Shown here one piece after another: positions 52,662 through 64,000 of a DNA stretch of 64,000 nt (position 1 is the stretch's first letter; the number at the start of each line of letters is the position of its first letter). Made by a program: the position numbers and the translations under genes. The notes beneath the pieces were generated by a model. That model was not told where the DNA came from. It made no database searches and saw nothing but the letters and a program-made list of their open reading frames with translations. The stretch is taken from contig NC_043006.1 in assembly GCF_006345805.1 (NCBI RefSeq), forward strand, positions 104,222,001 through 104,286,000, given 5' to 3'. The stretch comes from Octopus sinensis. Its lineage: Eukaryota.

Positions 52662-53060
52662 GAGTGGCTGTGTGGTAAGTAGCTTGCTTACCAACCACAT
52701 GGTTCCGGGTTCAGTCTCACTGCGTTGCAACTTGGGCGTCTTCTACTATAGCTTCGGGCCAACCAAAGCCTTGTGACTGGATTTGGTAGACGGAAACTGA
52801 AAGAAGCCCGTCGTATATATGTATATGTATATGTATGTATGTATGCATGTATGTATGTATGTGTGTGTATATGTTTGTGTATCTGTGTTTGTTCCCTCCC
52901 CCCAACATCGCTTGACAACCGAAGCTGGTGTGTTTACGTCCCCGTAACTTAGCGGTTCGTCAAAAGAGACCGATAGAATATGTAGTAGGCTTACAAAAGA
53001 ATAAGTCCTGGAGTCGATTTGCTCGACTAAAGGCGGTGCTCCAGCATGACCACAGTCATA
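52662..53060 (+). mobile_element. SINE family B, full length
   Basis: Head, CORE-like block, internal (TA/TATG)n, tail. Confidence 0.9.
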
Positions 53061-53341
53061 CAGACATACGAACTTACATACATACGTACATACATACATA
53101 CATACATACATACATACGTATATACATACGTACGTACACATTCATATATGAAAGTGTATATTTTTTGTGTATTTTTATGTGATGAACAGATAGATAGATT
53201 AGAGAGACACACAGACAGGCAGACAGACAAACAGACGGACAAGCAGACAGACATAGATTGATGAATGAATGGATGGATGGATGGATGGATAGATTGATGA
53301 ATGGATGGATGGATGGATGGATGGATGGACGGCTAGATAGT

Positions 53342-53423
<82 letters not shown>

Positions 53424-53449
53424 CAAACATACATTCATACATACATACA

Positions 53450-53480
<31 letters not shown>

Positions 53481-54269
53481 TTTTATGATTATAAATATAT
53501 TTGTTTCTCTGTCAAACACTTTCCCCCTTTTTTCCCCATGAACACCTTTCCCCAGTCACCTTTCTCCAGTCCTGCATTGTGCTACCTTTAACAGCTGTGT
53601 GCTTTGCCATATTTTCGCGTCACCCAAAGTCGCATACGTTAAATTAAATATACGCAAACCACAATAGTGTCTATCAGTAGGACTACAAAACTAACCTGTT
53701 ACCTGATTTCCTAATCATATCATCAGCCACACCCTTCGGTACTATTAAGAGAGTCCACTCTGTCATAAATATTCTCTTCGACGCTGCAAACTGTCAAGAC
53801 CAATATATCTTGGTTTCTTCTTCTACTTCCCCTCATCTATTTCTTGAGGTCTCGTATTAAAAGCTTGAAAACTCACGAGAAATGAACCTGTTTCCTTCTG
53901 ATTACGCAATAAAAGGGGGAAAGCAATTCGCAGTCACTCAGCTTGCCAGAAAGGGTAGGAACATTTTACTCAAATCGCACCCGGCTGATCAAGAATCTGC
54001 TTAGACAGACATCGAAATAAATGTCAATAAATGTCGACAGCAACCACAAACAGAGCCAGGAACCCTTTGGAAAAACATATAATATTCAGTTATTTTATAG
54101 TATACATACATACATTCATACACACACACATACACACAAACACACACCACACACACACACACAAAACCACACACAAGTAAGTACATAAATGCAAAACAAG
54201 GTAGAAAAATATTACCCGAAGGCATACGAATATTCATCTCGATTGTCCGACGAACAGGAACGTGAATCC

Positions 54270-54337
<68 letters not shown>

Positions 54338-54409
54338 ATCGTAAGCAAGCTACTTACCACACATCCACTCCTACGCCAATAATATTATATATATATATAT
54401 ATTATAAGT

Positions 54410-54511
54410 GTAGGAGTGGCTGTGTGGTACGTAGCTTGCTTAAATCCACATGGTTCCAGGTTCAGTCCTTGTGACTGGATTTGGTAGACTGAAACTGAAA
54501 GAAGCCCGTAG

Positions 54512-54542
<31 letters not shown>

Positions 54543-54776
54543 TATATATATGTATGTATGTGTGTGTATATGTTTGTCTGTCTGTGTTTGTCCCCACCCC
54601 ACCATAGCTTGACAACCAATGCTGGTGTGTTTACGTCCCCCATAACATAGCGGTTCGACAAAAGAGACCGATAGAATAAATACTAGGCTTACAAAGAATA
54701 AGTCCTGGGGTCGACTAAAGGCGGCACTCCAGCATGGCCACGGGCAGGTGACTGAAACAAGTAAACGAGTAAAGAG
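54410..54776 (+). mobile_element. SINE family B with internal deletion; short inverted head at 54335-54380
   Basis: Direct sequence match to other copies. Confidence 0.85.
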
Positions 54777-54831
<55 letters not shown>

Positions 54832-54832
<1 letters not shown>

Positions 54833-55163
54833 ACCCCCTTCGGTCAGACACTGACCATGGGTTGCACCTGGAGAGTTACCCTCTGAGGCACAAGTCGGGC
54901 AAGGTTGTTTTTATGGAAGACCAGTAGTCGCCCATGCATACCGGCCTCCCCTCCTCCACGCCACAGTGTTATTCAAGGGAAAGGCAAAGGGACCGATGCA
55001 GCTTGGCACCTGTGACATCGCTACTCATTTCTACAACTGAGTTAACTGGAGCAACGTAAAATAAAGTGTCTTGCTCAAGAACACAACACGCAGCCCGGTC
55101 CGGGATTCGAGCTCACAACCTCACGATCGTAAGCTCAACGCTCTAACCACTGAGCCACGCGCC
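54832..55163 (-). mobile_element. SINE family D
   Basis: Reverse complement of 39621-39942. Confidence 0.88.
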
Positions 55164-55722
55164 ATATTCATATATATTCCCTGTTTGGATTTTTGCTGTG
55201 TTGTTTTCTTGTATTTTTCAGTGGAACTTGCTCGGTGTGTGATACAGAGTTGCACACTCTTAATCAATAGCGAGTTTATAAAGCTATTTCAGAATGACGA
55301 AATACGTTGCAACATAGCAACACAAACATCACAAAAGATAGAACAAAAAAAGAAAAGCGAAAGAGAAAATAAATAAGTATATAAAAACAATCGTACAAAA
55401 TGTCTCATAGTAAACATAGGAGAACAAAAAAGTACATATTACCACTATCATACGCACGCATCCACACACACTCACATAAACAAATACACAAAATTGCACA
55501 TTTATAGATTTATATAATACAGAGAGAGACAGACAGACAGAGACAGCGAGAGAGACAGAGTAAGAGGAGGGAGGGGAGAGAGAGAGTGAGAAAGAGAGCG
55601 AGGGGAAGGGAGAATGGGGAAGATAGATTAGTTTGCATTATATGCATACATATGTATGTATATATATAATATAGATAGATAGAAATACACACACACCACA
55701 CACACATAATATATACACACAC

Positions 55723-55779
<57 letters not shown>

Positions 55780-55848
55780 GAATGTATATAGAAATAAGAA
55801 ACATGTATCTGGATGATCAAGTATGTATACATAAATGTGTGTAATATA

Positions 55849-55896
<48 letters not shown>

Positions 55897-56021
55897 TTAT
55901 ATATGCATAAAAAGTAAATGTATACATACACACACATACACGCACATATATACATATATATATATGTACATACATACAAACATACATACATACAAACAGT
56001 CATACATGCATACATCCCACA

Positions 56022-56052
<31 letters not shown>

Positions 56053-56415
56053 TCCTGAGATCAAACATATATATATCAGTATGAAACTCGTTTCGGTAAA
56101 CAATCGTCTGACAATGAATGATAATGTCCGACGTCAAGCCGTAGACACAGACTCACCACCTCTCTCCCTCTCTCTCTTTCTTTCTCTCTCTCTCTACTTG
56201 AAATACAATACGAGAAGTCTTACACAACATTATGTAAAATCCATGAGTAGGCAGACATCCCTTTCAGCAACCTTTAATATTCGTTGTTTTATAAGTAATG
56301 AGAAGCAAGACGAAAAGAAGAAAACATGAACAAAACACATGGAAACTCACGTGCGCTTACGGACATATACGCACGTTAGAGTAAACAGAAAACACACACA
56401 CACACACACGCATAA

Positions 56416-56459
<44 letters not shown>

Positions 56460-56463
<4 letters not shown>

Positions 56464-56856
56464 TGTGTGTGTTGTGTGGTAAGTAAGCTTGCTAAGCAAC
56501 CACATGATTCCGGGTTCAGTCCCACTACGTGGCATCTTGGGTAAGTGTTCTCTGCTATAGCCCCGGGCCGACCAATGCCTTGTGAGTGGATTTGGTAGAC
56601 GGAAACTGAAAGAAGCCCGTCGTATATGTATGTATATATATATGTGTGTGTGTGTGTGTTTGTGTGTCTGTGTTTGTCCCCCTAGCATTGCTTGACAACT
56701 GATGCTGGTGTGTATACGTCCCCGTAACTTAGCGGTTCGGCAAAAGAGACCGATAGAATAAGTACTGAGCTTACAAAGAATATGTCCCGGGGTCGATTTG
56801 CTCGACTAAAGTCGGTGCTCCAGCATGGCCGCAGTCAAATGACTGAAACAAGTAAA
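56460..56856 (+). mobile_element. SINE family B, near full length
   Basis: Highly similar to the 61585 copy. Confidence 0.9.
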
Positions 56857-57170
56857 TATATATATAAAATATATGTAAAAATACAAATTGGGAAAAAAAA
56901 CGCAAAACATTCAAATAGACGACACAAAAAACGGACGGGTCATTCGAAGCCTCTAATCTTCAGTCAAGAACCGGATCATCCTCGCAATTTCGGCTGATTA
57001 ATCATGAGATCGCTACGATCTGGCCAGCCCCAAGGAAAAACTAAGCTATGAGCATTAGATTTCTTGAAAAAAGGATCGGATGTATACGAAAAAAGGACAG
57101 AAAAACGGACGGTATTACACGAATATAGATACAAAAAACAAAAAGTAATACGAATATAAATACAAAAAAC

Positions 57171-57201
<31 letters not shown>

Positions 57202-57796
57202 TAATAACAGGACAAAAACAACAGGCGTCTTTCGACTTTAGACAGTTCAACTTAGCTGGCGTATTTGAAAAATAATGCCTTACGGCAGACGAAAAGGTCG
57301 ATGCTGTCGCGGCGCTGGTCAGAAGCCGAAAGGCTATGGAGAGGAGAGAGAGATGCACGTATCTTGGGAATGCTCTTATAATTGAGCATGCGTTCTTTTA
57401 TTCTTTTACCTTTGTCAGCCATTTGACTGTGGCCATGCTGGGGCACCGCCTTTAGTCGAAATGTTGGTTGAGAGGCCAGTCGATTAGATCGATCCCAGTA
57501 CGCAACTCGTACTTAATTTATCGATCCTGAAAGGATGAAAGGTAGTCAACCTCGGCTGAATTTGAACTCAGAACGTAACGACAGATGAAATACCGTAAGT
57601 ATTTCGCCCGTCGTGCTGATGTTTCTGCCAACCCTTCGCCTTTCTACCCATAGTAATATCGCTAGAATGTCAGACAAAAATGTTTGGCGGTATTTCTTCC
57701 GGTTTCGCGTTCTAATTAACGTTGGCAGAAGTGTAATTTTCATTTATAAATATCGTTTAACAAATATTGTATAATTTATATCTTTTTAAAATTTGA

Positions 57797-58147
57797 GTTC
57801 TATATTTAAGAGATGAGGAATTATGTACATTATTTACTTTATTTTCATTATTTACATTCGGCGGTTGTTTGTCCTCATCTTGTTTGTTGTTAACACAACG
57901 TTTTAACCAATGGCGTATTGGTTATGAGCGCGGGCTACTAACCCCAAGATTCCGAGTTCGATTCCAAGCAGTGACCTGAACAACAACAATAATAATAATA
58001 ACATCGAAAAATACCTTAGGAATGAGAACCTAGGTTCGATATTACCATAAGGCACCTGAAGAAGGCTTGTGAGTATATCAGCCGATACGTTGTGTTGACA
58101 ACAAACAAGATGAGGACAAGTATCCGTCGAATGTAAATAATGTTCCT
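57797..58147 (+). mobile_element. tRNA-headed SINE-like module with hammerhead tail, bounded by inverted repeats
   Basis: Inverted arms 57846-57901 and 58087-58142 (56 bp). tRNA-like head 57911-57975 (TGGCGTATTGG; GAGTTCGATTCC), (AAC/AAT)n spacer, hammerhead at 58051-58096. Confidence 0.75.
58051..58096 (+). ncRNA. Minimal type-I hammerhead motif (A14U variant)
   Basis: GGCAC-CTGAAGA-a-GGCT[tgtgagtatatc]AGCC-GATAC-GTT-GTGTT. The inverted arm keeps the unmutated AAACGTTGTGTT. Confidence 0.72.
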
Positions 58148-59573
58148 AAATTTTATTTCCATGAAAACATCTGTGTTTTATTAAATTTTTTAATTCATAT
58201 AATTTCATAACCTACAACGTTTTCATAATCCTTCAGGTCTTTTCAAAACAGCATAAAGATTAAAGAACACTAATATAGACTTTGTTTAGATTTCACGTAT
58301 GTACCCTTTCCACGACCCTGAAAACATGCGCAATTACTTGTCCACCAAGTAATGTGGAAAATTAACGCAGGCAGAAAATTTAATTTTCTTATAAAAATAT
58401 CTTTTATCAAATATTGTATATTTTATCATATATTTTCAAAATTCATTTCCATGAAAACTTCAGCGTTTTATAAAATTTTAAATTCATAACTTACAACTTT
58501 TTCATACTCCTTCAGGTCTTTTCATAACATCTCAGTCCGACCCTGCATATAGTAAGTCGCATATTTAACGAATCATTGCATTTTTCCGCATCTTTTCTGG
58601 TCTTGGTGGGTAATAAAGAAAAGTCTACCATTATTATCCTCCTCCTCATCGCTAGAATCATCACCATCCATTATTTCAAATGCGTGCTATTGATAAATCT
58701 TGATTTCTTCTCTACGAAATAATAATTTCTTAACTACAGGCAAATGGCAATTCTCCCTCTTTCTATGAAAATCTAATATTTCGGTTAACCATTCCTTTTT
58801 ATAATAACTTTTTTTTACAACCATGTCCATTTAAAATGATAATACATTCCTTAACAGTTTCATTAATATTCTGTCGTTAAAAAATATACACCATGTGGAA
58901 AAGAAAAAAAAAAACCAGAGCATTAATACTGTTTAGAAAGAGCTTTATGTTTTATCGTTTATCTTTTATCATAAAACTGCGGCCGTGCTGGGGCACCGCC
59001 ATGAACAGTTTTCTCCAAAATCCACTCACGAAGATTTGGCCAGTCGAGCTATTTTGCAATAAAATAAAATTTATTCCCTTATAATACTGAGAGATTACAG
59101 AACTCCATGTCTGTTTAGTTCTTTCAGGGATTGTTACAGAAGGAAAAGAGTTTGTGACACACTGATACATATATATGAATGCGCATGCGTGGTAGTCAGG
59201 TTGGGAAACTTGCAAACTTGCTTTCCGATCAGGGTGCTTCGGATCCACTCCTATTACGTTACACTTTGTGAGTGGATTTTATAGGCAGAAACTGAAAGAA
59301 GCACGTCGTATGTATGTATATATATATACATATGTGTGTGTATGTGTGTGTGTCTGAGTTGAATTTAACGTATGATAGCATCTCATAAAGCGAGATTTCT
59401 ATATATCTTAAATTTGCGGAAGAATTTGTGGTGTGGGTGGTTTAGCTTAATGGTTCAGAGCACCGCGACGCGTAATCACGTAAACACTTCTTTCTGCAAA
59501 ATAGGGGTAGCTTATCCTGTTCAGGCTATATTATAAGCATTATCCTGCGTTTGAGAATTTAAAATAATATAAT

Positions 59574-59608
<35 letters not shown>

Positions 59609-59616
<8 letters not shown>

Positions 59617-59852
59617 ATAAAATATCGTGGGTAAGGCCAAAACAATGCGAAGTAAATGAATGGTAAATTACAAGAAAATCAATATGTGAATTAATGTAGA
59701 CTTATCTTGTATTCAATATTTCGGGGTTACGACCCCATTTTCAAGAAATTGACGAATGTTGTCGATGTGCACATCGCACATAATTCACATATTGGTTTTC
59801 TTGTGATTACGTCGCATTGTTTTGGCCTTACCTACGATCTTTTATACAATAT
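59609..59852 (-). mobile_element. Inverted-repeat module enclosing a decayed hammerhead
   Basis: Arms about 59609-59697 and 59778-59852. Minus strand 59712-59747: TTC-TTGAAAA-t-GGGG[tcgtaa]CCCC-GAAAT-ATT-GAA. Confidence 0.6.
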
Positions 59853-60697
59853 ATTCTACACAATGCTTCATAGAAATTATTCCATTATAATATATATATG
59901 CTTCGAGTGTACTGAACACAAAAGACAGACATGTGAATAAACAAGAAGCTAGTGTATTCGTTTGACGCTTGGGAAAAATGGAAAAGTTTTTGACGTTTCA
60001 AGCCTATATATAAACATGTGTGTGTGTTATGTGCATGTGTGTGTTAGTGTGTGCGCGTGTGTGTGTGTTTATGTACGAATGTGTGTATATTTTATATATA
60101 TCTTCGTCTCTGATGACCGTTGGGTAGTTTTATATGCGTGCTCGTAATATAGCGGTTGGGCAAAAGAAAACCAACATAATAAGTGCGAGGCTTTAAAAAA
60201 AAATTCTGGAGTCGATTTATTCGACTGAGCCCTTCTAGGAGACGTCCCTGTATGGCTGCAGTTCAAAGACTGAAGCAAGTAAGACAACATACATACATAT
60301 TTCATTCCAGGATCTGACACAAGTACATAACTAGTATTTGATTTCTTTATTTTTTAGTCTAGTGTATATGTTGCCGTCATTCACCCTAGTACATTCCTCC
60401 AAATAAAACGCAAGCTTCTTTTCATCATAATACTTTACCCTAGTACATGAATGATACTTTATTCCACCAGAGTACGTTTCCCTAATACTTCACTCGTACT
60501 TTTATTTCAACTTAATACTTGACCTTATTACATTCTTTGTACTTTAATCCCTCGAATCTGAGAGGTTTAAGCTCGAAGTCGACGCTGGTGCGGAATTTAA
60601 ACTCCAAGCGTAAAGGATTATAACTAAACACTACGAAACATTTTCGTCGCACATCTGCAATGTCGCCGATCCACTGCTCTTAATAATAATAATAATA

Positions 60698-60739
<42 letters not shown>

Positions 60740-61019
60740 TAATAATAATATTTCTAACTTAGCCTCAAGACACATCTCTGATGGAAGCATTTTATCGGTT
60801 TTGTACGTTTAAATTTTATTGGATATAAAATGTTATTTTAATAGCTTCAGAGAAGAGGAAGTAAAAGATTCCTATATCAGTAATTGAACATCGAACGTAA
60901 AGAGACGTGACGAAAAACTTGCTTCTGGCATCGAAATCTCTCTGGCCGAGTAGATATCAGGTAATAAGAAAATGTGTGCCTCATGTGTGTAAGTATGAGA
61001 ATGCCTGTCCCTACGTGTC

Positions 61020-61084
<65 letters not shown>

Positions 61085-61140
61085 TATCATGATATTTATT
61101 TTCGATCTATCTATTTATTTATATCTGTCTATCTATCTCA

Positions 61141-61183
<43 letters not shown>

Positions 61184-61523
61184 ATATATATATATATTAT
61201 ATATATATATCATCATGATATTTATTTTCGATCTATCTATTTATCTATCTAACTGTCTTCTATCTATCTATCTCACTCTCTCCTCTCTCTCTCTCTATAA
61301 TATATATATTATATATATATATATATATACATATATTCAATGGGCTTCTTTCAGTTTCTGTCTACCAAATCCACTCTCAAGGCTTTTGTCGGCCCGAGGC
61401 TATAGCAGAAGCAAGCTACTTATAACACAGCCATTCGACTGCGATTATCCGGGGCACCGCCTTGAAAAATGTTTGTCGACCTCAACATTTATTTATTATT
61501 ATTATTATTATTGTTATTATTAA

Positions 61524-61584
<61 letters not shown>

Positions 61585-61585
<1 letters not shown>

Positions 61586-61995
61586 GGCGCAGGAGTGGCT
61601 GTGTGGTAAGTAGCTTGCTAACCAACCACATGGTTCCCGGTTCAGTCCCACTGCGTGGCATCTTGGGCAAGTGTCTTCTGCTATAGCCCCGGGCCGACCA
61701 ATGCCTTGTGAGTGGATTTGGTAGACGGAAACTGAAAGAAGCCTGTCGTATATATGTATATATATATATATGTATGTCTGTGTGTGTGTGTGTGTTTGTG
61801 TGTCTGTGTTTGTCCCCCTAGCATTGCTTGACAACCGATGCTGGTGTGTTTACGTCCCCGTCACTTAGCGGTTCGGCAAAAGAGACCGATAGAATAAGCA
61901 CTGGGCTTACAAAGAATAAGTCCCGGGGTCGATTTGCTCGACTAAAGGCGGTGCTCCAGCATGACCGCAGTCAAAATGACTGAAACAAGTAAAAG

Positions 61996-61998
<3 letters not shown>
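61585..61998 (+). mobile_element. SINE family B, full length, inserted in a (TTA)n array
   Basis: GGCGCAGGAGTGGCTGTGTGG head to GTAAAAGAG tail, with (TTA)n on both sides. Confidence 0.93.
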
Positions 61999-62058
<60 letters not shown>

Positions 62059-63152
62059 TTATAAAGTATGGTACATGTTCTCTCAGTTCCTATTGCCGAA
62101 CCTCTAATTTACGGGGACGTAAACACACCAAAACCGGTTGTCAACCGGTGGTGGGAACAAACACATACTCAAATAAACACACACACAAACACACTTAAAT
62201 ATATATATATATATATAATATATATATATATATATACACCTGCCCAAGCAGTGGGAATGAACCCGGAACTATGTAATTGGGATTACCACGAAGCCACAGT
62301 AAATATATATATGCAATACACTCCTACTTATGCAGCAGAAACACGTGTCGGTGTGTAATATGAGGAAAATGGTTTTTGATAAATATATATTTTTAAATGT
62401 ATAATTCTCAAATTCTTCGTCAATAGGTCTTGATATTATAGTCTGTATTCCACATGAAATCCATTGAAGCGAAATTAGGTTTTACCAATCAAAGCGAGTT
62501 CACTTTAATTGCTTTTTCTAAACTACTTTAAATGTTTCTTATAATTCAGTGCGATTAGCCAAGTCGGGATTATCTCATGGTGCTGGTGAGGTGTCCGCCT
62601 AGATTTAAAATCTCTACTCCTTTGCGTTATATTAACATTTATCATTTATTATTTTCTTTCTTCCTTTTATCACTTACTTCTTTCAGCTACCAGATTGCAG
62701 CCATGCTGGAGCACTGCCTTGTGGAATCCTAATCGAAACAACCGGCCCCATGATTGATTTATTATTGTTATGGCGGCAAAGTGGCAGAGTCTTTAGCACA
62801 CCGTACAAAATCCCTAGGGTGCATATCATCCGTCTTTACATTCTCAGTTCAAATTCCGCTATGATTGACATTGCTTTCATGCTTATTTAATCGATCTTTT
62901 CGGGGTCGATTACATAAGTACTAGTGGAACACTGGGGTTGATGTAATCCACTAGCCAACTTACCCCAAATTTCAGAATTTCAGTAAATCCTAAATCTGGA
63001 AAAGAAGCACACTCCTACGTCATAGAGCAGCAGAGTGGGACCTGACGAAACGTTTGTAAAGCTGGGCGCCTTTATGGACGCTAAACCCTGGCTAACACCA
63101 TGAACCCGCCATAACTATCTCTCTCTCTAGCTCTTTATATATATAAATATAT

Positions 63153-63195
<43 letters not shown>

Positions 63196-63319
63196 AGATG
63201 AATAATATTGTTGCAGATTAATCAAAAGTTTAACCGATACCTTGGTAGCAAAAATCACAGCAGAATAAAGGAATTCTGTTTCAGTCTTCGTTCAACTCCA
63301 TTTCTTCAATTCACTAATA

Positions 63320-63372
<53 letters not shown>

Positions 63373-64000
63373 CTGTTTATATTTCGTACTGTCGTTACTG
63401 TCCTGTTTTTGTTACTATTTTTACCCCTCCGCAAAAAGATCTCAAATTTTATTTAATTTGCTTTTCGCGGGAAAGAGAGTTTCTATCGAAGATGCGTATC
63501 GCCTTCACCTTCGAAACGCAGAGTAGATGAAACCATGGCGACTGAAGAAGGGGAATTTTCCTTGTGTTATTTGTCCTGTACTCTATCTTTTCGTTGTTTA
63601 AGAAAAATGTCTATTTTCTTGGTTTTGTGTTTATGTTTTCGTTTCTCATTGTGTTCGACGTTTTTTTTGGTGTCCTGTACCCATATATGCATGTATATAT
63701 ACATGTAGAGGTAGGTAGTACATACATGTATGTATATATGCATATGTTTTATTTATTAATTTATTATATATATATATATAGGATAAATGTAAAAAAACAC
63801 AAACTGGGACATGAACGTAAAACATTTAGAAGACGATACAAAAAAACTGACGGGACATTCGAAGCCTTCGATCTTCAGTCAAAAACCGGATCATCTTTGC
63901 TGATTAATTTTGACGTTAGATATATATATATATATACAATATATATATATATACATATATATGTGTGTGCGTGTGTGTCTGTCTGTCTGTCTATTTGTAC

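Noticed and set aside
56955-56990. Minus-strand CTGAAGA..TTCGAATG..GTC (also at about 63855-63885)
   Set aside because: GAAA is absent (GAAT) in both copies and no stem I could be built.
63038-63056. CTGACGAAACGTT hammerhead-like string
   Set aside because: The two core halves overlap, with no stem II and no stem I.

Overview
AT-rich eukaryotic non-coding DNA made almost entirely of microsatellites and transposable elements. The tRNA-headed SINE families and repeat style resemble a cephalopod (octopus) genome; this is from recall and was not searched. No host protein-coding gene can be supported, and most long ORFs in the track are microsatellite translations. Recognisable content: three decayed mariner elements and two maT/rosa-like Tc1-mariner fragments; LINE remnants (CR1-group, Tx1/L1, and three stacked R4/Dong-type RLE elements in (TAA)n); Penelope-like element (PLE) remnants; and at least five tRNA-derived SINE families, labelled A-E here. 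Main observations: (1) seven minimal type-I hammerhead ribozyme motifs, most in PLE-like ends, two with intact cores and one forming the tail of a tRNA-headed SINE-like module; (2) a 3.4-kb near-perfect palindrome with a SINE inserted in only one arm; (3) SINE 3' tails that match the 3' ends of two different LINE clades present in the same window. All alignments and folds were done by eye.
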